The notes below the pieces were generated by a model that was not told where the DNA came from, searched no databases, and saw only the letters and a list, made by a program, of their open reading frames with translations. Positions 12,751-25,942 of a stretch of 64,000 nucleotides of DNA are shown here, one piece after another. The number at the start of each line of letters is the position of its first letter. The first letter of the stretch is position 1. Origin of the DNA: Coniocarpon cinnabarinum (lineage: Eukaryota); the NCBI GenBank assembly GCA_051942205.1, contig JAVECO010000005.1, positions 62,001-126,000 on the forward strand. The letters run 5' to 3'. Both the position numbers and the translations under genes were made by a program.

Positions 12751-13367
12751 ATTTGCTGGTCCTTCTTAGGTGTTCAATGCGTTGATCTGACTTTCGAGAT
12801 ACACGATACAGACGATCTGACGCTGAGAGCAGGAGCCGCCCGCCAGGGGCGCACCTTCCCCATGCTATAAGAGCTCTAGACCTCCTCCTCGTTCACATCA
12901 TCATCCCAAAGTCTGGCCAATGATCGATTTCCTTTACAGCCAAGGCTTTATGGTACAGGGAGGGGTGAGAGTGGGGCATCATCGGATGTCGTTCGGATGC
13001 TCAACGGGCTTGATCTATACTTCGTGCTCTTTTCGCGTACATCAGCGTTGCTATTGCAATCACTAGCGATTGCTATAATATAAAGCGTGTGTTTAGGAGT
13101 TCACCGAAGTATTTCTGTGCCCATCCTCGGCACTTCATCTGACGTCATTCTTCAGCATACGACAAAGTGAACAACCCCCTTCTGTACCTCCTCAGATCTG
13201 TCATCCTTGCGATCTGTATCTGTATACCACCAACGATCCCTTGTTGGTACTAGTGGACTGTGATCGTTGCTGGTTCCTGGTATAGATCTGCCCGTGACAG
13301 CATCCTCGAGTAGCGCACCAAGCTTGGTTCCTGTGTGTCGGCGACCCAGACAAGAGAAGCTAGAAAC

Positions 13368-14612
13368 ATGTCAGCGGCGCGGCCTCCTCTGTATGCATAT
13401 GCCGCAATCGCGGCTGCATCTGCTGTTCTCGTATCGCTAGCCTCGTCAGCTTCGAGATCGCGCAACGCCGGAGCTTATCCAGGCGTGACTCGTTCTCCTT
13501 TAAGCAGGCAGAAAAATCTACGCGACGAAAAGCTCGCATATCCGCCTGACTCACTCATCCCTGGAGCACGTGACGTGCCAACGCCGTATGGCAGTATTCG
13601 GGTATACGAGTTCGGCCCCGCGACTTCACAGCATAAGGTGCTATTCCTTCATGGCATCAGCACGCCTTCGATCAGTCTTCTCGGCATCGCGGAGAACCTT
13701 GCTTTCCAGAAAGGATGTAGAGTCATGCTCATTGATCTCTTCGGACGAGGTTGGTCAGATGGTGTTCCTGACCTGCCGTACGATGGTCGCCTCTATGCTA
13801 GTCAGATATTCATGGCTCTGGCAAGCAGTCTGATCGCCTGGACAGGTGATGACAGTGGCGGTTTTGCCCTTGTTGGATACTCATTAGGTGGATGCTTAGC
13901 GGCAGACTTCACCTCGTGGTTTCCCGAGCTGGTTAAAGAGCTAGTCTTGATCGCACCCGCTGGACTTCAGAGAGAATCAAATCTTACTTGGCAAACCCGG
14001 CTGATATATTCTGGATGGCTCCCCGAGAGCTGGGCCGAAGCAGCAGTGCGACGAAGGCTACGAACTATGCCTAATGTGACCGGCAAGCAACGCACGGCGA
14101 GCAAAGCAACAGAAACCTCATCCGGTAAACGAGAAGCTGAAGCAGCAACCTCTGCCGAGCTTCCTGAAGATGCTGTCATCGCCACCTCGAGAGGAGAGAT
14201 CGATATAGAGGCCGCGGTCAATTGGCAAATGGATAATCATGCTGGATTCATGCCAGCTTTTATGTCTAGTATACGCCACGCGCCCATTCGTAATCAACAA
14301 CACAGCTGGAGGCTGATCGGGAATCGATTGAATAAGCAGCGAGCGCTCAACCATGAAGCGACTAGTTCTGAAGTCGCGGAAACACATAAACAGGAAGTCA
14401 GGAGACGAGGGCTCAAGAGTGGTAAAGTGCTCTTGATATTTGGGGCCAATGATGGGATTATAAAGCCATCGGAGACTGGACCAGATGCACGTGAGGCGCT
14501 GGGCGCGGATAACGTGATCGAGAAAGTCTACGCAAACGCGGGTCATGAAGTGCCCATCGCGTGTCGAGATGAGATCGCGGATTTGATGTGGCAACACTGG
14601 TCTTCCTCGTAG
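13368..14612 (+). CDS. Alpha/beta hydrolase
   Basis: LFLHGIS oxyanion motif, DLFGRGWSD, GYSLGG nucleophile elbow, FGANDGII and AGHE. N-terminal hydrophobic anchor. Confidence 0.9.
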   Translation: MSAARPPLYAYAAIAAASAVLVSLASSASRSRNAGAYPGVTRSPLSRQKNLRDEKLAYPPDSLIPGARDVPTPYGSIRVYEFGPATSQHKVLFLHGISTPSISLLGIAENLAFQKGCRVMLIDLFGRGWSDGVPDLPYDGRLYASQIFMALASSLIAWTGDDSGGFALVGYSLGGCLAADFTSWFPELVKELVLIAPAGLQRESNLTWQTRLIYSGWLPESWAEAAVRRRLRTMPNVTGKQRTASKATETSSGKREAEAATSAELPEDAVIATSRGEIDIEAAVNWQMDNHAGFMPAFMSSIRHAPIRNQQHSWRLIGNRLNKQRALNHEATSSEVAETHKQEVRRRGLKSGKVLLIFGANDGIIKPSETGPDAREALGADNVIEKVYANAGHEVPIACRDEIADLMWQHWSSS

Positions 14613-14813
14613 AACGGAGAATACCACTTATGCCATGAGACACGCTCAAGACGGCAGAATGAAACCAAAGCCGCGCTTGTCTTTTGACTGGGTTTTTGAG
14701 CAATCTGAAATCAACCTGAACTCCATGTGGGATGGAAACGCCTGACAGTGCCTCCTCAAGCGTATACATTGTACATCTGCGCCTGAATGACGAATATGCT
14801 CGAGTTAAAGAAT

Positions 14814-15576
14814 CTATCCACTCAACCCACATCGCTTAGCACACGAGTCAATCTGTGCCGCAAAGTCGCCCACATTCGCACGAAACTCATCAATATTCTC
14901 CGGCGACAAGAGTTCCGGAAAAGCCGCAGTCCCCGAAGCCCCACCACTCAAGATACTAAGCAGGGACTGTGCCGCCTTGACTCGTCCAGGATCATTGCTA
15001 TCAAATCCCGCTGCGAAGGTGACCGGGTCGCACGTAGGATTGAACTGATAATGCGCTGCTTGCAGTCAGCCCTGTTTCTTCGTGAAGATCCAAGCTATCA
15101 AACGACTTACTGAATCCCTGCGAATACACCGTCCCTTGGAATTGCTGGAGCGTATAATTCAACACCACGTCGTTCGCGAGCAATTGCGCATTCATGAGTT
15201 CGCCCGCCACGACCGTTAGGAATTCGTTAGCGTGCGGATGGCTGTGCGGCATGATGATACTGCAGGGGTTGATGAAGCCCACAGAGAGATCGATGTGTGT
15301 CTCTACCATGGCAGGAAACAACGTCACGTCAGCGACGGGCGTGGTGTTGGTGAAGGTAAAGATGAGATTATCGGCTGACGTGCCATTGGCCGTGAGGATG
15401 GATTGGCGCTCCTGGGTCGTTGGGGCGAGCTCGAGTGCTTGAAGGAGGGCGGGGTCCGCGGCTGTTGGAGCGGGACTTGACGGAGTGTTTGATATTGCGG
15501 GAGCTTGCGGGAAAGGGGAGGCATTGGCGGCAATGCTGGCGGCGAGGGCCGCGAATGGGACACTGAAGCGGAACAT
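14814..15576 (-). CDS. Secreted germin/spherulin-1-like cupin (2 exons)
   Basis: Signal peptide and germin box PCSIIMPHSHPHANEF. After a GTAAGT..CAG intron the frame continues HYQFNPTCDP...DSNDPG...CAKRCGLSG-stop. Confidence 0.88.
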
Positions 15577-16678
15577 TGTGAAGACTGACTTAGCAGAGAT
15601 GGAGAGACTCGAGAACCTGGAGGAATGGGAGCTTATGAGGGCTGTAGGGGAAGCATCATAGTGCTGAAGTGGCCATCTTTATAACTATACAAAAGCATTG
15701 TTCTGAAAGGTCATACTTGCTATGCGTGGAAAATTACAAATTTCAATTCGCTCACACCCATATGCGATAAGCTACAGGCTTCGCTACACGGTCCATTACC
15801 ACAATGAAATCCTTGTTCTCCATCTTACGCGTCGTTTACAGATCGTTTAGAAGGAAATGCAGACATGAGCGGAACCCGGATTCGCAACGTTCCGTTACAG
15901 CGTGTGTCTGCGCCGCAAGGGGTGAGCTATTGGCTCTCAAGCTGCTGCAAGTTCGCCAGGCAGACACGTGGGAAACGTGGGGATGAGCTTATTGTCTGAC
16001 CATGCGGAGATCTTCGCATAATACTGTAAGCCTGGAGCATAAAGAGCCGCACAGCCTCGTTCGAAAAGCGAGACGAGGAAGAGGCGTTGAGGCACGAGAC
16101 CTGGCGGTGAAGCGTATTCATATCTGAGCTCTGCTTTTGTTCGTCTGCGCGATCAGCCTTAGTGCGTTTTCGAATGGAATCCATTGGTGTAAGAGAGCAA
16201 TGTTCGTGATGTAGAAACCATGCACGCATGCTCTGTCCGTACGGACTGAGCATGACATGCGCCACCGTGCACGGTCAACTCATTTTCTGAAATGCGCGGC
16301 TGGTAGGCAACAAGGTATTGGTCAATGTTGCTTTCAAATACTCTAAATGTTCATATCATCTGCAAGTCAACCTCGTTCTCGTTTGACTCTTGGCGTCTGA
16401 CTCACTTCTGACTCTGCATCTGTTGCAAATATGCAACCTTAGCGCTTACTCAGCTTGAAATGACCCGACAGCAATAAGGATATAATGCCAAACTCTGATA
16501 TGCTTGTCAACATGTCGTTTAGAACGAGCAAACGAGAATCTGGCGAGCCTCCAGAAGCGGTTGCCTTGTGGACGATTTGGAAAATATTGTTGCTGCCTGA
16601 GGCTTCTGCAGACGTCTGAAAAGGGGTCTTCGGACGACACCAGCTGCATATCTGGATGTATAGGCAACGATAGTGATA

Positions 16679-18074
16679 ATGGAAGCCAATTGCCAAGATT
16701 CAGGATCTCCCAAGGCTCGGATCAAACGGGTCCACAAAAAGTCTACGCTAGGTTGCGTTACTTGTAAACGAAGACGAGTCAAAGTACGTACGTCTCAATG
16801 CCTTTGCGAACGAGAACGACTGGTTGATGGCTGGATTCAAGTGCGATGAGACACGACCCTGCTGCAAGAGGTGCCACCTGAAACGACTGGACTGCAGCTA
16901 TGCAGAGGATGAGTTACTTCCTCCACCAAGAAGTGGAACCGCACGAGACGCAGACACCAAGAAGGATGCGTTGACTGCTCTATCGCGAAGTCGGTGCAGC
17001 CCCCCCGACGAAATCTTTCCAGGGAGCATCAAGCCACAGGATCCGGCCAGTATCCCTGACACCGAGCTCGCACAACACTACCTCACGCATACTGTGGAAC
17101 ATGTTGCACAACACAGCATCTGCGGAGAGCCTCCTGATACCTGGCGTGTGCTCGTCCCGTCACTGGCCCTCAAATACCTCGCAGTCCGACGTGGTATGCT
17201 TACACTTGCGGCAATATGCATGCACTACGACTCTGTTGCCGCTGATCCAAGTGCAAATTCCTGGAAATACCTGGAGGCTGCAGAAGCGCAGGGTGTGATC
17301 TTTGTCGCGGAGAGTTCGAAGGTGATGCGCAACTTGGACGCAGTCGAGTCCGAGCAGGTTTTTGCATGCTCACGACTCCTATGTGTGCTTGGATTTGCGT
17401 TCTTCCGGGCTCATCGTCGGAACGGCATCACTCTTGTTGATCGCGCAGGGTGGACTTGGCTCCAGTTGCTGCGGGGCGCGAAGAGCACTTACATTGCTGA
17501 AATTGAAGCGAACCAGGATCTTGATGAAACGTCTGTGAAAGACACGTTTGCTGAGTCACCGTCAGCTCAAGACCCTCCAGTCCCGCTGGTGGTATGCACG
17601 AAGTCGGCTTTCGAACATCACGCACTTGGCTTCGTCCGGCGCTCACAGCAAACGCGCTTCGACGCTCTGCGGACCACACTTTGTGGGAATTGGACCTCTC
17701 TCGGCGACCGAAAGCTTCAAGACCTGGGCGCTGCGGTCGACATCCTGTATGAGGTCACGGGCCATGTATGCTCGCAGTCAGGACATAATTTGCTTCATAC
17801 AATCTGCAGGTGGCCCAGTAAAGCCCCAAAAGGGTTCACAGATATGCTGATTGATGCGTTCCCACCTGCGCTCGCGGTCTATGCGCATTGGCTGATGCTA
17901 GTCGTTTTGTTGGAAGACGTGTGGTTCATCGATGATATGGGAAGAGCCGGGATACGTAATGTTATCGACGTTTGTTCTGACGCCGATCCTGATGTCCGCG
18001 CGCTGCTAATTTGGCCGCGGCTCATGTTGGACGAGATGAATCATTCAACCAAGCACAGCTACTTCAGTGATTAG
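16679..18074 (+). CDS. Zn(II)2Cys6 transcription factor (Upc2-like C-terminus)
   Basis: Exon 1 HKKSTLGCVTCKRRRVK, a GTACGT intron, then CDETRPCCKRCHLKRLDC. C-terminal PPALAVYAHW...VWFIDDMG. Confidence 0.9.
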
Positions 18075-18806
18075 AAACTGAGGCCGCGTCTTGAATCATA
18101 CGGAGGCGCACCTCGCGAGGGTTGAGACACTTGATGATCCTGCCATAGACAAACAAATTGGGTTGATCATTTCTCGCTCGAGGTTGCCTACTCGACTAAG
18201 AAACGAGCACAGGGCCCACGCCATCGTCCCATTTCAGATGGACGTGAAGAGCTAGTGCAAGTTGCCTCGGTACGTTGAGCGCGCTTTATTGTCGACATCG
18301 CAATCTAGACCTATTGGCATGTTGAAATGTATCCCAATATACGTCTGACTCGTCCCTCTCCGAACCTGGTACGGGAACAAGGCTTTATCGGCTCGAACTT
18401 GAAAGCAAACTGCCCGAATTGCTGTTAGCTCGGAAAGCAACTTCGTTAAGCACCTAGTCCAGGCTGCATACGAGAATCACAGCGGACCGTAAGGTTGAGT
18501 AAGCTTTGTGGCGGAACGAGAACGAGGGCCCTATCAAGCAAGCGTTGAACGACGTGATCGCTGAAATCAAATTAGTCTCAACTTCAGCGCTTGCTCTTTT
18601 GAGGGAAAAGAATGCTTCGTTTATAGCCTCGCTGTTCACACGCGACAATGTCGTTCTCGATTAGCGGTGTTGATGCTCTTGATGGATTCTGCCGTTTCGA
18701 AAGCCCTAGAAAAATTGTCGATGTAGCTGTATAAAGGACGAGAGATGCTTCGTGTTGTTTTGAAAACATCGTATACAATCACTTTGAATTTCCAAACTTG
18801 CTTCAA

Positions 18807-20006
18807 ATGGGCGTTGCTTCCGTCATTGCGCTTGCTTTGCTCGTAAAGGGCCTGCAAGCAGCACCATTCTCCAACTCAACCAACAATCGACCATGTACCG
18901 AGTTTACACTTCCAGTGCCGGTCACAGCGCAAAACGCAGAATATGACGTTGTTCAGGTCAAGAACAACATCGACGCCGCTGCGTTTGCCGTGGACGTAGA
19001 CACTTGGACCTCTTCAAAGGACAGCAGTCGTATCTTGCGAAACATTACAGTATCTGACACGTTCGACATCAGTGTTCAGCTGTGCGTTCCGCCGAATGGA
19101 ACTAAAAAGGACCACCTCCAGATTGCCACACATGGTGCCTTCTTCGACAAGCGTTACTGGGACGTTGCTGTTAACCCATCGGAGTATTCATACGTCGAGG
19201 TTGCGCTTGCTGCAGGCTACAGCATCCTGACCTACGATCGCCTAGGCACCGGCTCGTCCGCTAAGCCAGATGCAAACACTGTCGTGCAAGCACCACTCGA
19301 GCTAGAGATCTTGCGCGGCATTACGGAAATGGCACGGAGCGGCGAGCTTCTTGGGCATGCTATCACCTTCAACGAGTCCAATATGTCCTTTGAGAAGGTC
19401 ATACATGTTTGCCACAGTTTCGGCAGTTTCTTGACATCCGCTCTGCTCACCACGTACGGCAAGCTGTCCGACGCTGCCTTGATTACGGGCTTTATCCTGA
19501 ACGAGCATTTTGCTGGAGTGTCGATGACGGCCATGGGCCTCGAGTACGCGGCTCAGAACGACGATGCGCTTTTCGGAGATAGGTCGGTTGGGTACATGGT
19601 CAGCGGAACGCGGTCTGCCCTTCAAACAGGATTCTTCTCAACTCGGGAAAACAGTAATGCCGGAATTGGAGGATTCGAGCCGGAGTTGTTAGACTATGGA
19701 TTCTCCATACGGTCCAGTGTGACAGCGACCGAGCTTTTGTCACCTTCGCAGTTGAATCTCGGTGCGGCTTCGGACTTTGAGGGACCTATACAGTTCGTGA
19801 CTGGCGAGTTCGACTTCCCAATCTGTCGTGGTGATTGCAAGGCATCATATGACCCTGCCATGATCAAGTCGTTGTATCCGAAGGTTAAGGATGAGGACTT
19901 TGAGATTTACCTCCAGCCAGGTACAGGACACGGGTTAACGATGCATCGGAAGGCAAACTCGGGGTACAAGGTCATGCTCGACTGGCTAGACAGCCATGGG
20001 CTGTGA
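18807..20006 (+). CDS. Secreted alpha/beta hydrolase-fold protein
   Basis: Signal peptide, QIATHG, YDRLGTGSS, CHSFGS elbow, TGEFDFPIC and GTGHGL. Confidence 0.85.
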   Translation: MGVASVIALALLVKGLQAAPFSNSTNNRPCTEFTLPVPVTAQNAEYDVVQVKNNIDAAAFAVDVDTWTSSKDSSRILRNITVSDTFDISVQLCVPPNGTKKDHLQIATHGAFFDKRYWDVAVNPSEYSYVEVALAAGYSILTYDRLGTGSSAKPDANTVVQAPLELEILRGITEMARSGELLGHAITFNESNMSFEKVIHVCHSFGSFLTSALLTTYGKLSDAALITGFILNEHFAGVSMTAMGLEYAAQNDDALFGDRSVGYMVSGTRSALQTGFFSTRENSNAGIGGFEPELLDYGFSIRSSVTATELLSPSQLNLGAASDFEGPIQFVTGEFDFPICRGDCKASYDPAMIKSLYPKVKDEDFEIYLQPGTGHGLTMHRKANSGYKVMLDWLDSHGL

Positions 20007-20414
20007 GTGCACGGGGCTGACATGCGGTTTTTTAAAGTCAAATTGATGTGTTACGGTTTCATGTCGCAGAGAGGTATGGAGAGATGTTCAATGAGATAGG
20101 CTAAAAATGAAAATTATCCAACTTTTCTGGTGTCTCTTTCTGTGCTCTAGAAACACAAAACCTGTTCGATTGCATGATATATGCTTACGGAGAGATTTAG
20201 CGTCAAGTTGGTCTGTGTACTCGGCGTTCTCTTGGTCGATGGGGAAATTAAGTCTGAGACCAAAGTGTGTTATACGCGCGCTATTCATATCGCGTTCGGG
20301 GGAGTCCTATGACGTCACGCGTCATGAAGTAGCAGCTTGACTCAAGCGCAGCAAATTTGTAGAGTCATTCTCTAACATTTAGATTCTAGGACAGCAGGTC
20401 TGTCTAAAGCGAAA

Positions 20415-22308
20415 ATGACCTCGCTCACTGAATTACCATCGGAGGTAATAGAGCATGTTGTGCAGCAGCTCCCACATGCTTGTGATCTCAGTCACCTTGC
20501 GCTGACCTCGAAAACCCTTCACCATGCGATGGAGACAGAAGGTTGGCGGAATTTCGTTGCGAAAAGGTTCCCGTCATTCAGCACGCCGCCATTCTGGAAA
20601 GATTGTGCCCATGCTTTGACGACTCTGTCACGTAACATTGACCGGAGGGCCTTCATTGCAAGGGAGTTCGAGCCTACTGGATCCATCCTCAGTTTGCCCA
20701 ATGGCGTCACTCAAGATCGCTGGCAGCGCCCTAAAGGTCAGACTATGGGCTTCCAGGCCGTTCTGGACTCATATGAAGAATGGGTGGGCAACGATTGGGC
20801 ATCTCGTAGAACTGTCGTGGCATATGGTGCTGGTGCTGAGCTGCTTCTTCACAATACGCCGGTTCATCCGAAGCGACGCCTTGTCATGGACAATGACAGA
20901 GCAACGGAGCCCGCTCAAGCAAGTCAAATATTTCCAAGAGCACAATGGATGTCTTTTCGAGAAGCTCATCACGCAGAGGGCAGAGATGACGTAACTTCTG
21001 TCAAGATTCTAAGACCTGCTCAACAGACTCCCGAAGGGCGAAGCCATGACACCAATGAGGTAGTTCTTGGTAGAGCCGGCGGGGAGTTGATGTTGCTTCA
21101 AATGGGACTGGATCCCAGCCAAAGTCTCAAGCTTAAGCAATATAACACGTTCGACACGTCTGTACGTTCTGCTGATGTGAACCTAAGTCCAGCACCATTG
21201 CTAGCCACTTGCTTAAATGACGGCAGATTATGCGTGTACCCTCTGCATGCCACAGAGAGCGTCGCACAGCCCACTGCACAAGTTTCATGCATAGAAGGTG
21301 GCCGACGTAGTTGTCAGACATGGTCCACCACTTTCCTCTCCAAGGAGAGAATCGCGGTGGGACTGGGACCTTCTGATGATATCGTAAAAGTATTTGATGT
21401 TGGTAACACTGGGCTCGCTCCTGAACCCATTCGCCGCTTCGGCAGTGGAGGAAGAATCCCGACTTCTGTCTATCCGATACGGGCATTACCATCAAGCACT
21501 GCAGATCCCGCCAACAGTGATGAACACCTTCTTCTTAGCGGCGGCTATGATGGAATAATTCGGTATGTTGATAGCTACGTCATGGTAGCAGCCAGGCTGA
21601 CACCTGAATAGTTTGCATGACATCCGTGCGCCAACAGACGTCGCGCTGTTTATCGAAGACCCTATCGACACCTCTTCTATCTTCTCGCTTGAGACCATGG
21701 GTCGAGAACGTGTCGTTGCAGGATCATCGAATCATAGCCTGCTCAAAATTTACGACTTACGCATGACGGGCGGCAGGGCTTACGATTACCAAGACGTTTT
21801 GCCTCCAGAGCCACAAAATACTATCGCCAATTCTTCGGATACTGACAGCCCCCATGTCTCAGGTTTCAACGTCTTTGTCGGTCAGGATCGGCAGATTGCC
21901 TCTAGTCGCCGTCGGCAAGCCAAAGAGAGTCCAATCTATAGTCTATCCAGACCGTCTAGTGTCTCGCCCTTGATTTATGCTGGACTTGAGAATTCCGTCG
22001 TCGAGGTCAACTTTACCAGTGCGACTGATCCTCATCCTGATCCGGTCTTCGATGAGTGCATCCGGAGCAAGGATGGAATATACAATCCGTATGCAACTTG
22101 GTTCTCACCACCTCCATATGCCTTGACACTGTATGAGCATCTTGGCAGTCGAAACATGCAAATGTTATATCAGCGCAACTTGGGTAAGCGCGCAAACGGA
22201 TCATTTGGACATTCGTTCGAGGACTGCACACCTGGCTACGATGAGCGACTTTCACGAATCTCCACGAGCACGAGACTGTCTGCGGCTCGGAGTAACTTTG
22301 CTCGATGA
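20415..22308 (+). CDS. F-box/WD40-repeat protein (2 exons)
   Basis: N-terminal F-box LTELPSEVIEHVV. WD-like segments LLSGGYDGIIRLHDIR and LLKIYDLR. Intron 21563-21611. Confidence 0.85.
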
Positions 22309-22386
22309 ACAGGCACAGAATCCTTTGTATCACACACAAGGACTTTGACTCTGACCGGTTTTGAGCGGCACCAGGATTATTGGAGG

Positions 22387-23769
22387 TCATTCAAGTGCCC
22401 ACTCAGGAGGCTGGATCCACCCAAGTCGATCGTAGATTGATCGTGAGCGGATGTACGGGTCCAGCTTCCAATACATGGCCAACAAATCCTGCTGATATCT
22501 TGTTCGCAGTGAATTGAGTCCACTCGTCTCTCGTCCCCTGCGAGAAGCGTCTATCCATTCCCTTGTGGTCTCTTCGAACAGCCGAGCGGTCTCCATGTGC
22601 TGTTCTTGGAGCATGCTACGCTCGTATTCTCTTCTGATTTGTACAGATTCGCCACCTCCTCCGTTGATGGGATCATCTAGATCTGGGGGAGAATAGTGGT
22701 ACTCGGAGTCGTCACCACCGCCCATATCTGCGGGAATAGTCTGATAAGATAAGTAACGCCGCAAGTCGGTCAGATTTTTGGTGAAGTGAATGTGCGAGTA
22801 ATAATCCTCACGAATAACCCTTTTGATGAGCAGCCACACGGGTGTAAACAGCGCCGGAGCACGATGCATGATGACATCTCCCAGACCCTGGGGATAGTAG
22901 TCTTTCATGATCTTGGTGATGATCTTGAGTGGACGCCAGTCAAAATTCTGGACCCGGTATCCTTCAAAGTCAAGCAGGAGAATGCCGTCACCTCGGGTTT
23001 CTGGCATCATCATTCGGGATATCTCACAATGCCACGCCAAATAACGTTCGTAGGACTCAGCTGGGTAAAGGCCGGCACGATGGTTCTTGACCTTGATAAA
23101 GCAAATGATCCGACCCAAACGGTCCGTGCCTTTTAGGATGCGAGCCTCCTCGTTCTGCAGGATAGATAGAAATCCCTCCGCAATGCGGCGCTCTCGAGGG
23201 TCAGCATCCGGATTCTGCACAGTTCGCCAAGCACCAGCCTCTCCCCATGGCAGCAGATCCGAATCCACCTTTGCAATTCGACGTCGCCAATGCACATGCC
23301 TCAGCAAATCGTCGAGCGCGCTTTCAACATCATTGTTATTGGCGCGGAGGTAGTAGCTCACCCACCAGTCCGCACTGAAACATCTCGTCGCTTCATAAAT
23401 GCCATGGTGGAGCTCAAGAGGATTTAGCCGCCAATGATCATGTTTTCTACTCCGCTGCTGCGTTCGATTTGCAGCTGTCGCCGACAAGCCGTTGGCTGGA
23501 AGGCCGGATGCCGGCATGCGATGAGCATGTGCGGACGACTGCGCCTGTGAATATCCAGTCGCCTTCGACGGCAACGTCACTGAAGAAGATAGAGGAGCTG
23601 TCGATGTCAATTCGAGGATGCGCAGCCACAGCTCCTGCAGGGCTGATTCCTGTGGTGTTGGCAATGTCGCAGTGACATTGTTTGAGGCGACTGCAGCAAG
23701 CGGCGTTCGCGGTTCCTCCCATGTTCCCGATCCTTCAGCCATTGCAAGGATGCTTGAGCCATGAAGCAT
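22387..23769 (-). CDS. CRAL-TRIO (Sec14/Csr1-like) lipid-binding protein
   Basis: YLRANNNDVESA, GTDRLGRIICFI, LLDFEGY, YYPQGLG, APALFTPVWLLIK and IPADMGG. Confidence 0.88.
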   Translation of the reverse strand: MLHGSSILAMAEGSGTWEEPRTPLAAVASNNVTATLPTPQESALQELWLRILELTSTAPLSSSVTLPSKATGYSQAQSSAHAHRMPASGLPANGLSATAANRTQQRSRKHDHWRLNPLELHHGIYEATRCFSADWWVSYYLRANNNDVESALDDLLRHVHWRRRIAKVDSDLLPWGEAGAWRTVQNPDADPRERRIAEGFLSILQNEEARILKGTDRLGRIICFIKVKNHRAGLYPAESYERYLAWHCEISRMMMPETRGDGILLLDFEGYRVQNFDWRPLKIITKIMKDYYPQGLGDVIMHRAPALFTPVWLLIKRVIREDYYSHIHFTKNLTDLRRYLSYQTIPADMGGGDDSEYHYSPPDLDDPINGGGGESVQIRREYERSMLQEQHMETARLFEETTREWIDASRRGRETSGLNSLRTRYQQDLLAMYWKLDPYIRSRSIYDRLGWIQPPEWALE

Positions 23770-24820
23770 CCACTGGGGATTCGAGCCTCCGAAGACGTGT
23801 TGTTTGCGGCGGCAAGGACTGCAACGTGCCTCCCAAGAGACGACTCTCTATGCTTAGGAGTGTATGCTGGGGGCCCCTACCACATTTTCCTATAGGAGTG
23901 TCCTATTCAAGCTTCATATCGCCCCCACCAGCAAAAGGTGAAAACGAAAAACCGCTCAAGTACTCAGCACCAGCACAGGCAATCCCCACAAACTTTAGCG
24001 AGTAAGGTCTGGCGTGACGAAGCCAAGGGGTGCACCGGTCCCAAACCGGACCTTGAGGTTGCTGGAAAGCGGTGCTGCGAGATGCTGATTTGAGCGCTGA
24101 TCTAGGGCCGCACGCGACAGCGTGACCTGCTGGACATTTTTATAAGCCGAACCAGGTCAGCAAAGAACGTTCGCACGGAAAGACAGATGTATGAATGTAT
24201 TGGCAACGCGAAGGTGCCTGTCCCGTTGGCCTCGACGGCGATCGGAGAATGCCGACCTCGGCGTGGTCAGAACTGGCGCTTCACCACTTTCTCGAAAGGG
24301 TATACTCAAACTCCTGCCTCCACGCCGCGACGCGCGCATTGGTGACAATCCTGGTCGCTTTTGTACACAAAGTGACAAATCGAAAATATCTCAGTCAGTT
24401 TTTGGACATGCTCCGTACAAAGCGCAGCTCAGGCGTCTCCACAATCGGTCCGTCGCACTGCCACGCAGCCCGAAAATGCGCATACAGCTCATAAAGGGCA
24501 GTCCACACACATCAATGCCTACCTTCATATCCTATTCGGGACAGTAGCAAGAGGCTTCATTACTATACTCAGCATCAGTTCTTGACTCTGCCCCTTCATG
24601 CGTCCTCACTTGACGTATCGTCTATGTCATCAACTGCCGAATTCTGGTTCCCGAAGATTCGTCAATGCTTTGCTTATTTTAGCTTGGCTTGATGGTAGCT
24701 TTGTTCTGCTGCAAGATTGCCTCATGCCCCAGCTCATATGTTAGTGACAGCGCATGGATGGTCAGGCTGAGTTCCAGATGAGTTGCAGCATCTCAATTCT
24801 TCGAGCTGTATGTCCAGAAT

Positions 24821-25942
24821 TCATGGTTCGTTCGCATTCGCTTGGTTCTCCTGTATCGACTCCTCTGAGTCCGAGCATAGCTTTTCAGCTTTAACGTTGA
24901 CGCTTCTCATCCTGGCGGCTGTGCCCCAAAAAGGCAGATCTGACTTCTGAAAATGCCAATCTGCATCTTGCCACTGGTCTCGAAAGACCAACCCTGGGTG
25001 GTACACCGTCACTGCAAGCATCGCCACCATGATCATTGGTCCTTCCAGAGCCAAAAATAATGGCTCGTCGTTGGCAATGGCGCCGCTGAAGCCGTCGGAC
25101 AGCTCAACCACGCGGTAGACACACCGGATAAAGATGGTCAGCGCAGCGACCGCAATGGCCCAAGTGAAGCCTTGAAAGTATCGCGTCGCCCGCAATGACG
25201 CGAACTGCGGATTGCGTTCTTCTGTGTTGCCTTTGCGTACTTTGATTATGAACCATGCCGTCATCCCGAGAAACCCGAGTAAAGACGCGGCTTGGAAGGT
25301 CAAGCCGGCGATGAGCGAATCCACTCCTTTCTGCCGCATTTCCTCGGTATCAGCAGAGGCACTGAGAGCGCCGCCGACGGCCTGGATGATGAGCGAGGTG
25401 ATGTCTATGCTGAGAAATATGATCGTATATGACTGAGGCTTTAATCTCGAATATCGTGGTCCGTAGACGATGACCAGTCTCGCCAAGGTAAGATATATGC
25501 TTGCTGTCATGAACGCAGGCCCAAGACCAAGGGGGATGAAGTACAGGAGAAATATGTTTAGGTTGAACGGGTTTGTTCGAACAACTAGGCGCCCGGCATA
25601 CCCCAGCATCTAAGAACCGTTAGACCTATTCCTGAACGCCGTCGTCAGACGCTTACCTCAAGAATGAGCCCGCAGACCATGCCAATCCCAAATCCCCAAG
25701 TGCGGTAGCGCAGACCAAGGATGACTGCATCCAAGTCAGCTCTCTTTCTCGCCAACCATCGCGTCTGCCGAGTGGCACTGCAGGGTGTTGCACTTACGCT
25801 GTGCAACAAAGAAAAGGGCGAAAATGACAAGATAGGTCGTGGTTCCAGCAAGATTCGGCGGATAGTGCATAAGCCCTTGCTCCCAGCAGCACGTTTCGAG
25901 AGTGCAAGAGTAGAGGTCGATCTGGTAGTTGCAAGCCGCCAT
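24821..25942 (-). CDS. RTA1-like 7-TM lipid-translocating exporter (3 exons)
   Basis: CTLETC...YPPNLAG, LEMLGYAGR, GPAFMTASIYLTL, IQAVGGA and IRCVYRVVEL. Two canonical introns near 25.6-25.8 kb. Confidence 0.92.
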
